64,000 bases of DNA, from assembly GCA_028826165.1 (NCBI GenBank), contig JAPDFW010000072.1:248001-312000 (forward strand), read 5' to 3'. The notes under the pieces were generated by a model. That model did not search any database and was not told the origin of the DNA. It saw only the letters and a program-made list of their open reading frames with translations. The DNA is from Anaeramoeba ignava BMAN (Eukaryota > Protista > Anaeramoebae). Each line of letters opens with the position of its first letter. The stretch's first letter is position 1. Below are positions 37,481-48,899 of this stretch, in pieces. Made by a program: the position numbers and the translations under genes.

Positions 37481-40393
37481 TTAATTATCATCTGAAAAAA
37501 TATTTTCTGTATCAGTTAAATCAGCATGTGTATCTAAATCATGATTTTGAATTACGCTTCCACTATCTGCTAAATATCCACTTTCATTATAATTGACAAC
37601 TCGTCTTGTACTAATTTCAAAGCTTGAAGATGTTTGAATATCATTAGAGTCTTTATCTTCATTTTGAAGTGATGAAAAACGGGAATCATTTTGAGATTCT
37701 TTAATATTATCACTTTTTTCAATATTATCACTTTTTTCAATATTTTCACTTTTTTCAATATTATCACTTTTTTCAATATTTTCATTATTTTGATTATTAT
37801 TGTTATTTTGATTATCATTCTTATTTTGATTATCATTAATATCAGAATCATAAGTTAAATTTTTATTTGAGTTTATATTTTGATCTTGATTTGAATTTTC
37901 TTTTTTTCTGATGCTTTGATTTTTATTTAGTTTTGGATTGTTAAATGAATAACTTCTTGGAATAAATTCATTTAAACTCTGATCTGAAAGTTCATAAATA
38001 TTTTCAGGATTATCATCAAGATCTATTCCAACAAAGTTTTCCATCTCAATTTGGTTTTCAATTTGGTTGTCAATTTGGTTGTCAATTTGATTTTCAATTT
38101 GATTTTCAATTTGAATATCACTTATTTCTTGATTTGGCTTCCCATTTATTCTTATTAATTCCATTTTTTTTTCCCATTTCATTTGTTTGACTTTTTTCTT
38201 GAGTTCGGGAAGTGCTTTAAATTGAAATAAAGAAGCGCAAACAATCAAAGAAATGAAATTAGAAAAAACTTCAACTCCATAAATTCCGAAAATTCCTTGT
38301 TTTCTTGATTCTTCAAAAACTAGCATTGGAACATAAAAAATTGTTGAATTTATAATAGAAAGAAAAGCAAGCCATTTGAAATATTCAAAAGTAATAAGAA
38401 AAGTGTTAAAAATATTCAAGTATAAAATCAATGGGATGTTGAAGTAAATTAAGATCCAAACATTTGAGCAAATATTTTCGACTTCTTCCCTTTGATGCGA
38501 GTCATTAAATGTGAATCCATTCAGGAAAGTTTGTTGAATTTTCGCGAATGAAAGAAGTAAATAGGAAATAAAGGCAATGCCAAGTCCAAAAGCCAACATT
38601 CTATTTTTAAATTTTCGGAATTTTGTATAATCCATTTTTTCAAAATAAAAACTTCCAAGAATGCAAATTAATAATATTGGGAAAGCTCCTAAACTTGTTA
38701 TTATAACTGATTGGGTTAATTCCAATAGTTGATTTGCAATTAAATTTTCGGTTCCAAAAGGAACAATTATTCTTAATCTCATAAATTCTCTTATAACGCT
38801 CAGAAAATTATTGACTAATAAAGGAATTGTTGAGTTGATAAAATATGCGACTGCTTTTTTTGGGAAATGAAACTTAAAAATGCCTAAATTTCTTCTCAGT
38901 TGTTTTTGAAATAGCATTATTAAATATCCTATTAATTCAAATAAGTATATTATTTTTCGAGATAGAACTACTGCTACAATTGTATTAGCCATTGTATATG
39001 ATAAATAGAATATCTAATTTTAGATTTTATTTTAAATTTAATTTTTTTAATTATTTTAATTTTAATTTTTATTTTTAAAATTACAGCTCCAATAAAACCT
39101 AAAGAAATTAGAACATTAACAATTAATAAACCTTTCAAATTTTCGTAACCCATAAAAATTCCAATTAAAAATGAAATGAAATATTCCAAAGCATAAAAAG
39201 GAGTATAAATATAAAAATAAGTAAGATTTTTTGAAGTATATTCAGGGAATCCATAAATTGTTAAAATTCTTTTGATTGAACTCATGCTAAACATTGAAAC
39301 TAAAATACCAAAAGAAAGTGAAACAACAGCTCCAAGATGTACGATTTGTCCGATTTTTTTGTCTTTTTGTTTCAATTTCAATTTTATAGTTTGTCGAATT
39401 GAAATGATTATAAAAACTCCTCCAAAAAAGCTTGTTAAAGGTATTGTAACTGAATTTGTAATATTTTGAAATATTCGAAACATGAAAAAATCTTCACTAT
39501 CAAAACGAACTAAAAAATTTAATTTATTATTTTATTTATTATTTTATTTATAATTTAGTTTATATTTTAGTTTATTATTTAATTTATAATTTAGTTTATT
39601 ATTTTATTTATAATTTTATTTATAATTTTATTTATAATTTTATTTATAATTTTATTTATAATTTTATTTATAATTTTATTTATAATTTTATTTATAATTT
39701 TATTTATAATTTTATTTATAATTTTATTTATAATTTAATTTATAATTTTATTTTATAATTTAATTTATAATTTAATTTATAATTTAATTTATAATTTAAT
39801 TTATTTTAATTTATAATTTAATTTATAATTTAATTTATAATTTAATTTATAATTTAATTTATAATTTTATTTATAATTTTATTTATAATTTTATTTATAA
39901 TTTTATTTATAATTTAATTTATAATTTAATTTATAATTTTATTTATAATTTTATTTATAATTTTATTTATAATTTTAATTTATTATTTTATTTATAATTT
40001 TATTTATAATTTTATTTTATTACGAAGAAAATAATTCGTAAGTATTTCAGTAACTAATTGTCTTGTTGATAAAATGGTAAGAAGAAAAAACAAGAAAATA
40101 AATTTGTGACGTTGAAGAGGTTTTGATTGGTCTTGTATATTAATTTGTTGAGGTATCTCTTCATTTTCTTTTGAATTTTCTTTTGAATTTTCATTTGAAT
40201 TTTCATTTGAATTTTCATTTAAATTTTCATTTGAATTTTCATTTAAATTTTCATTTGAATTTTCATTTGAATTTTCATTTGAATTTTCATTTAAATTTTC
40301 ATTTGAATTTTCTTCTTGTTTTTTTTCTTCTTGTTTTTCTTCTTGTTTTTCTTGAATTTGTTGAATTTCTTCAACAATAAATGAATGACTCAT
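37481..40393 (-). CDS. Multi-pass membrane protein, probable divergent MATE/MOP-family transporter; 3 exons
   Basis: In-frame splicing (introns about 39510-40023 and 39014-39084); roughly 11-12 hydrophobic segments in two halves; FGTENLIANQLL resembles the MATE lGt..lAAhqi motif; low-complexity tails. Confidence 0.55.
39520..40015. repeat. 12-bp satellite (AATTTTATTTAT)n in MATE-like intron 1
   Basis: Tandem units. Confidence 0.9.
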
Positions 40394-40538
40394 GAATTTT
40401 ATATTGAAATTTTTTTTTTATAAATAAATTTAAGATGATTTGTCAATTCAAAAAATGAAAAAAAAAAAGTGAAAAAAAAAAAATTTTCATTTTTCTTTTT
40501 TTTTCGGTTTATTTTTTTTTATTTAGCTTTTAATAAAA

Positions 40539-41570
40539 ATGTCTGATACAAATTTTGAAGATTTGGAAAAGAAAAACTGAAAGTGAATACGAAAAAATAT
40601 ATATTTAAAATTTATAAATTAATTTATAATTAAAATTTTTATATTTTTTTCTTTTTGGAATTTTAATAGAAAAATGGTTACAATGACTGTTTCTTTTTAT
40701 TTTATTATTTCAATGACTGTTGTTTTCCTGAATAAATATTTACTTTCAAATTCTAAATTCGAATTTTTATTTTATTTATGACTTTATCAACTTTTGTTTT
40801 TATTTTTGCATTTTATAATTTTTTCTATAAATCAATTTTCATTTATAATTTTAATTTATAATTTTATTTAAAATTTTAAAAATAAAATTAAATTTAAAAT
40901 TTTATTTATAATTTAATTTTAAATTTAAATTTAAATTTTATTTAAATCAAATTTAAAATCCAAATTCAAATCCAAAATTCAATTTTAAATTAATTTATAA
41001 TTAAAATTTAAAATTCAAAAATCAATTTAAAATTTAATTCCAAATTTAATTTTAAATTAAAATTTAAAATTTTCAAATTTAAAATTAAAATTAAAAATTT
41101 TATTTAAATCCAAATTTAAAATTAAATTTATAATAAAATTTAAAATTAAAATTTAAAATTTAAAATTTAAAATTAAAATTTATAATAAAATTTAAAATTA
41201 AAATTTAAAATTTTAAATTACGAAGAAAAAATTAAAAATTAAAATTAAAAAGTAAAATTGTCTTGTTGATAAAATGGTAAGAAGAAACAAGAAAATAAAT
41301 TTGTGACGTTGAAGAGGTTTTGATTGATCTTGTATATTAATTTGTTGAGGTATCTCTTCATTTTTGAATTTTCATCAAAAATTTTGAAAAAATTTAAATT
41401 TAAAATTTAAAATTTTCATTTAAATTAAAATTTGAATTTTCATTTAAATTTTCATTTGAATTTTCATTTGAATTTTCATTTGAATTTTCTTCTTGTTTTT
41501 TTTCTTCTTGTTTTTCTTCTTGTTTTTCTTGAATTTGTTGAATTTCTTCAACAATAAATGAATGACTCAT
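40539..41570. other. Degraded tandem duplicate (offset about 1.18 kb) of the MATE/SLC35 divergent promoter and first exons; likely assembly artefact
   Basis: 40539-40830 is a corrupted copy of 41720-42055; 41220-41570 is a corrupted copy of 40020-40393. Confidence 0.7.
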
Positions 41571-41719
41571 GAATTTTATATTGAAATTTTTTTTTTATAA
41601 ATAAATTTAAGATGATTTGTCAATTCAAAAAATGAAAAAAAAAAAGTGAAAAAAAAAAAATTTTCATTTTTCTTTTTTTTTCGGTTTATTTTTTTTTATT
41701 TAGCTTTTAGAAAGTAAAA

Positions 41720-43458
41720 ATGTCTGATACAAAAAGAACAGAAGATTTGGAAAAGAAAAAAACTGAAAGTGAATACGAAAAAAATATGTATTTAAAATTT
41801 ATAAATTAATTTATAATTAAAATTTTTATATTTTTTTCTTTTTGGAATTTTAATAGAAAAATGGTTACAATGACTGTTTCTTTTTATTTTATTATTTCAA
41901 TGACTGTTGTTTTTCTGAATAAATATTTACTTTCAAATTCTAAATTCGAATTTAATGGTGCTTTATTTATGACTTGGTATCAACTTATTGTTTCATTATT
42001 TTGCATTTTAATCATTTCAGTTCTTCGTCCTCAGTAATAAATCAATTTTCATTTAAATTTCTAAAAATCCAAAATCCAAAATCCAAATTTAAATTAAAAT
42101 CAAAATTAAAATTAAAATTAAAATCCAAAATCAAATCCAAATTAAAATTTAAATTAAAATTAAAATTAAAATTAAAATCAAAATCAAAATCAAAATCAAA
42201 ATCAAAATCAAAATCAAATCCAAAATTTAAATTAAAATTTAAAATTAAAATTAAAATTAAAATTAAAATTAAAATTAAAATTAAAATTAAATCCAAAATC
42301 CAAAATCCAAAATTAAAATTAAAATTAAAATAATCCAAAATCCAAAATTAAAATTAATATTAAAATTAAAATTAAAATTAAAATTAAAATCAAAATATAA
42401 AATTCATTTATAAAATTAAAACTAAAATTAAAATTAAAATCCAAAATTAAAATTAAAATTAAAATTAAAATTAAAATTAAAATTAAAATTAAAATTAAAA
42501 TTAAAATTAAAATTAAAATTAAAATTAAAATTAAAATTAAAATCCAAAATTAAAATTAAAATTAAAATCCAAAATAAAAATTAAAATTAAAATTAAAATT
42601 AAAATTAAAATTAATTAAAATTAAAATTAAAATTAAAATTAAAATTAAAATTAAAATTAAAATCAAAATTAAAATTAAAATTCAAATTAAAATTAAAATT
42701 AAAATCAAAAATTAAAATTAAAATTCATTTATAAAATTTAAAATTAAAATTAAAACTAAAATCAAAAAGTTAAAACTTAAAAATTAAAAAAATTAAAATT
42801 AAAAAATTAAAATTAAAAATTAAAATCAAAACTTAAAATTAAAATTAAAATTAAAATTAAAATCAAAAATCAAATCAAAAATCAAATCCAAAATTAAAAT
42901 TAAAATTAAAATTAAAATTAAAATTAATATTAAAATTTAAAATCAAAATTAAAAATTAGTTATCCAATTTTTGATTTCATGCCCAAACTAGAATTTGAAA
43001 TAGAAAAAGCAAAAAAAGTTAGTATTGTTACAGTATTTTTTATTGGGATGGTTGGACTAAATAATTTATGTTTAAAATATGTATCAGTATCATTTTATCA
43101 AGTAGCAAGATCCTTAACTGTAGTTTTCAACATAGTATTTTCCAAAATGATTTTAGGAATCACAACTTCAAATAAAATATTGCAAGCATGTGGAGTTGTT
43201 ATTTTTGGGTTTTTCATTGGAAGCGGAGGAGAAATTGATTTTTCATTAATTGGAACTATTTTTGGAGTTGCTTCAAGTGCTTCTTTATCACTTTATTCAA
43301 TTTATGTGAAGAAATACATCAAAATATTAAATGACGATCATTTTCTTCTTTTGATATACAACACAATTCTTGCAATAATTTTCTTGTTTCCCATTGTTCT
43401 TCTTACTGGAGAATTCACTTTATTTTTTAATACAAAACTTTCAAATCCATTTTATTAA
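41720..43458 (+). CDS. GDP-fucose transporter-like nucleotide-sugar transporter (SLC35C1 family); 3' part garbled after about 43440
   Basis: VSFYFIISMTVVFLNKYLL, ALFMTWYQ, NNLCLKYVSVSFYQVARSLTVVFNIVFS. Introns 41788-41856 and 42035-42959 (AAAATT satellite). Confidence 0.8.
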
Positions 43459-44376
43459 AATTTGTTAAATAAAAACTTAAAATGGAATTAAAAATGGAAA
43501 AAAATTGCGATATTTCTCCAAATTTAAAAAATTTAAATTAAAAAAAAAATTAAAATAAACAGCAAAGCTTGTTAAAAATTAAACTTTTATTTCTGTTCTT
43601 TTTAAAGTGATCCAAAAAAAATTTGAAAGCTTTTGAACTTTATTAACTATTTTTGAATTAAAATTGGTATTCTTGGAAATAAGAAGATAAAAATGAAACA
43701 AAAATGAGGCTGAAAAAGAAAAAGATACAGAAATAAAATTTGAAAAATCTTTAAAAATTAAAAAGAATAAAAATTTAAATAAAAATGAAAATCAAAAGCA
43801 AATGGTTTAAAGAGATTGAATGAAATTTAAAAATTTATTTTTATTTTTAATTTTATTTTAAATTTTCGAAATTAAAAATTTAAAATTAAAAATTAAAAAT
43901 TAAAAATTAAAATTAAAAATTAAAAAATTTAAATAAAAATTTAAATAAAAATTTAAATAAAAATGAATAAAAATTAAAATAAAAATTTGAATAAAAATTA
44001 AAAATAAAAATGGAAATAAAAATTGAATAAAAATTGGAATAAAAATTGAATAAAAATTTGAATAAAAATTTAAATAAAAAATTGAATAAAAATTGAATAA
44101 AAATGGAATAAATAAAAATTAAAATAAAAAATGGAATAAAAAATTAAATAAAAATTTGAATAAAAATTAAATAAAAAATTGGAATAAAAATTCAAATTCA
44201 AATTTAAATAAAAATTTAAATAAAAATGTAAATAAAAATTAAATTTAAAATTGGAATAAAAATTTAAATAAAAATTTAAATTAATAATCTTTCAAAAAAA
44301 TTAATCATTAATAATTTTATTTTTTTATTTTTTTATTTTTATTTTTTCATTTTTCTTTTGTTATTAAATTATTAAA

Positions 44377-44649
44377 ATGGATACAGTAGGAAAAAAAATA
44401 ACAGCAGGAGTAGTTATAACAGCACTTTTAGCAGCAGCAACATATCCTTTAGTTAAATCCAAAAAAGAAACAAGAACAATGAGCACAGTTCAAACTCCAA
44501 AAACACAAAAATTCAATCACGATGAATTCGATCAATGTGATTGCAAACCTTTATGGGAATGCATGCAAAGTGGTGGAGATTGTACTCAACTTGAAAAAGA
44601 TTTGCGTAATTGCGTTAATAGAGTTAAATCCCAATTAGCAAGAAAATAA
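44377..44649 (+). CDS. Small protein with N-terminal hydrophobic anchor and CHCH-like cysteine hairpin
   Basis: 90-aa ORF of coding-like composition; TAGVVITALLAAATYPLV; CDCKPLWEC-x6-C-x9-C; TTTTCATTTT motif upstream. Confidence 0.75.
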   Translation: MDTVGKKITAGVVITALLAAATYPLVKSKKETRTMSTVQTPKTQKFNHDEFDQCDCKPLWECMQSGGDCTQLEKDLRNCVNRVKSQLARK

Positions 44650-45216
44650 TTTGTTTTTCATTTTAATTCTTTTAAAAGAAATTTATTCATTCATTCATTC
44701 ATTCATTCCTTTTCTGATTTCTTTTCTGATTTCTTTCTTTCATTCTTTTTCGGAAACAATAGTTTTCTCAAATCATTTTTTTCTTTTGATTTTTTTTTTC
44801 TTCATTTCGGATAAAACATTTTTTTTCAAAAATTAATAAAAAATAAGAATAACATTAAATAATAAATTAATTTAATTTTTGATTTATTTTAAATTAAAAT
44901 AATAATTTTATTTATTAATTTAATATTTTTAAATTTTAATTAAAGATAAAAAAAGTGGAATTTAAAATATTTAAATTGAAAATAATTTAATAAAAATATA
45001 TAATTAATTTTAATAACATTAAATAATAAATTAATTTAATTTTTGATTTATTTTAAATTAAAATAATAATTTTATTTATTAAAATAATATTTTTAAATTT
45101 TAAATTAAAGATAAAAAAAGTGGAATTTGAAATATTTATTGAGAAGAAAAGAAGAAGAAAAGAAAAGAAAAAGGATAAATGGGAATGAGAAAATTTTAAT
45201 TATTTTTTTTTTCAAT

Positions 45217-48200
45217 CTAATTTTGATCATCATCTCCATCTCCATCATCATTATCTTCGCCATTATCTTCGCCATCATCATCTCCATCATCTCCATCATC
45301 ATCTTCGCCATCATCTTCACTTTCACTTTCAGCATTTTTCAACCAATCCACAACTGGTTGAACTTTTGTAATTATTTCTTTGAATACTGTTTCTGAAGTA
45401 AATTTAGATGAAGTTTGTTCTGCCCATTCTAAAATATTTTCTTCTTCAATTAAATCTTCATCATATAAAGCTTTTAAAATATGTGGTGCAAATTCAATAA
45501 AATTTCGATGTTCTTCTCCACAAAATCTTTCAAGATAACCAAGTAAAACAATTTGTGATCTTTTATGTTTCATTAACTAAAAGAGATAAATTAATATTAA
45601 AATTAATATTTAAATCATTATTAAAATTATTATTTAAATTAATATTTAAATTATTATTAAAATTATTATTTAAATTATTATTAAAATTAATATATAAATA
45701 CTCTTGAAAAAATCTCTTTTGTTTTTGGAATTTGTTCAAGCATATTTGAAGAAAAAAACAATTCACAAGCAAACAAAGTACGAGTAGTTCTATTCCAAGA
45801 GCAAGCTTTTGCAACTTGTTTAATTTTAAAAGAAATAAGTTGAGGAGAAGGTTGAGATTCAAGAAAATCACGAAATTTAAAAAGAAGAAGTTTCATATTT
45901 GTTTTTTTTGGATCACGAAGTAATCCAAGTTGTGTATGAAGACGCATCTCCTCAGCAGCTTTTGAAGTATCAAGAGCCCAATCATTCTCATCAACTTCCA
46001 CATCCTGAAATTCCATTTTTGTCTCATCAATTTTTGCCTGCTCTTTTTTTGCCTGCAAATTTTTGCTTTTTTTTCTTTCTTCTTGTTTTTTAAGTTCTAA
46101 ACTTTTTATAATAAAACCTGTCAATCTGTTTGAACTATCCGCATAAAAACTTTTCCCACAAGCACGACAACTGAATTCTAGTCGGTTGTGTCTGTCGATT
46201 TTGGCGTCTAATTCGGGAAGAAAACATCCTTGACAAAGTATGAATTTATCAATGAATTTGTAAAGAAGATCTTGTAAATCATCGGTGTCAAATCGTCCGT
46301 TTACTACTGAACGAAGTGTTTTCTTTTCCCATTTACTTTGTGCTCCCAATTCAAATCCAAAGAATTTGGTAATGACTTTTTTGTTCATTTCAAATTTAAA
46401 TTTTTTAATTATAAATAAAATAAAATTTTAATTTCAAATTCAATTTAAAATTCAATTTCAAATTTAATTTCAATTTCAATTTCAAATTTAATTTCAATTT
46501 CAATTTTAATTTCAATTTCAATTTTAATTTCAATTTTAATTTCAATTTCAATTTTAATTTTAATTTCAATTTCAATTTTAATTTCAATTTTAATTTCAAT
46601 TTCAATTTTAATTTCAATTTCAATTTCAAATTCAAATTTAAAATTTAATTTCAATTTCAATTTCAATTTTAATTTCAATTTCAATTTTAATTTCAATTTC
46701 AATTTCAATTTTAATTTCAATTTCAATTTCAATTTCAATTTTAATTTCAATTTCAAATTTAATTTCAATTTCAATTTCAATTATAATTTCAAATTTAATT
46801 TCAATTTCAAATTCAATTTCAAATTCAATTTCAAATTTAATTTCAAATATAATTTTAATTTCAATTTCAATTTAAATTTCAAATTCAATTTCAAATATAA
46901 TTTTAATTTCAATTTCAATTTAAATTTCAAATTCAATTTCAATTTCAATTTCAAATTTAATTTCAAATTCAATTTCAAATTCAATTTCAAATTCAATTTC
47001 AAATTTTCAATTTCAATTTCAATTTCAAATTTTTTTAATAAAAATTTCAATTTGTTTGAACTTTCGCATAAAAATTTAATTTCAAATTCAAATTCAATTA
47101 TAATTTCAAATTCAATTATAATTTCAATTTCAAATTCAAATTTAATTTCAATTTCAATTTCAATTTCAATTTCAATTTCAATTTCAATTTCAATTTCAAT
47201 TTCAATTTCAAATTCAATTTCAAATTCAAATTCAAATTCAATTTCAATTTCAATTTCAAATTCAATTTCAAATTTAATTTCAATTTCAATTTCAATTTCA
47301 AATTCAAATTTAATTTCAATTTCAAATTCAATTTCAAATTCAATTTCAAATTCAATCTCAAATTCAATTATAATTTCAATTTCAAATTTAATTTCAAATT
47401 TCAATTTCAATTTCAATTTCAATTTCAATTTCAAATTCAATTTCAATTTCAATTTTAATTTCAATTTCAAATTCAATTATAATTTCAAATTCAATTTCAA
47501 ATTCAATCTCAAATTCAATTATAATTTCAATTTCAAATTTAATTTCAAATTTCAATTTCAATTTCAATTTCAATTTCAATTTCAATTTCAATTTCAATTT
47601 CAAATTCAATTTCAAATTCAATTTCAATTTCAAATTCAATTTCAATTTCAATTTAAAATTTAATCTCAATTTCAATTTCAATTTTAATTTTAAATTCAAA
47701 TTCAATTTCAAATTTAATTTTCAAATTCAATTTCAATTTTAAATTTTAAATTCAATTTCAATTTTAATTTCAAATTCAAATTCAATTTCAATTTCAAATT
47801 CAAATTCAAATTCAAATTCAATTTCAATTTCAAATTCAAATTCAAATTCAATTTCAATTTCAATTTCAATTTCAATTTCAAATTTAATTATAATTTCAAT
47901 TTCAATTTCAATTTCAATTTCAAATTCAAATTCAATTATAATTTCAATTTCAAATTTAATTTCAAATTCAAATTCAATTTCAATTTCAATTTCAATTTCA
48001 ATTTCAATTTCAATTTCAATTTCAATTTCAATTTCAATTTCAATTTCAATTTCAATTTTAATTTCAAATTTAATTCCAATTCCAATTTCAATTTCAATTT
48101 CAATTTTAATTCCAATTTCAAAATCAAAATTTCAATTTCAATTTTAATTTCAATTTTAATTTTAATTTCAATTTCAAATTTAATTTCAATTTCAAATTTA

Positions 48201-48784
48201 ATTTCAATTTCAATTTCAATTTCAATTTCAATTTCAATTTCAATTTCAATTATAATTTTAATTTCAAATTCAATTTCAATTTCAATTTCAATTTCAATTT
48301 CAATTATAATTTTAATTTCAATTTCAATTTCAATTTCAATTTCAAATTCAATTTCAATTTCAATTTCAAATTCAATTTCAAATTCAATTTCAAATTCAAA
48401 TTCAATTTCAAATTCAATTTCAAATTCAAATTCAATTTCAAATTCAATTTCAATTTCAAATTCAATTTCAATTTCAAATTCAATTTCAAATTCAATTTCA
48501 ATTTCAAATTCAATTTCAAATTCAATTATAATTTCAAAATCAATTTAAAATTCAATTTCAATTTTAATTTTAATTTCAAAATCAAATTCAATTTCAAATT
48601 CAATTTCAATTTATAAATAAAATAAAAATTTACTGTCTGGTTCAGTTTCTAAAGCTTCAGCAATTTTATTCATGTTTGTAATTACTGTTTTAACTCCATT
48701 TCCTCTTCCTTCAATACGTGATTCTAATGCGGGCATTTTATATCTATAAGATTCATCAATAATATCTTTTCTAATATTAATCAT
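45217..48784 (-). CDS. EIF5: Eukaryotic translation initiation factor 5; exons 48634-48784, 45702-46375, 45217-45576
   Basis: YRYKMP..EGRGNGVKTVI, TKFFGFELGAQ, CQGC/CRAC zinc site, W2 domain (LYDEDLIEEENILEW, VDWLKNAESE). Confidence 0.95.
46400..48610. repeat. (TTTCAA/TTCAAA)n satellite filling the 2.26-kb eIF5 intron 1
   Basis: Hexamer tandem repeat; source of the many LKLKLK/EIEIE spurious ORFs. Confidence 0.95.
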
Positions 48785-48899
48785 TTTAAATTTATAAATT
48801 TAAAAATTTATGAAAAATGAAAAAAATGAAAAAAAATTTTTTTAAAATTTGTTTTTTAATTAAAAAAAAAAGAAAATTAAAATAAAAATTGTTTTTGAT

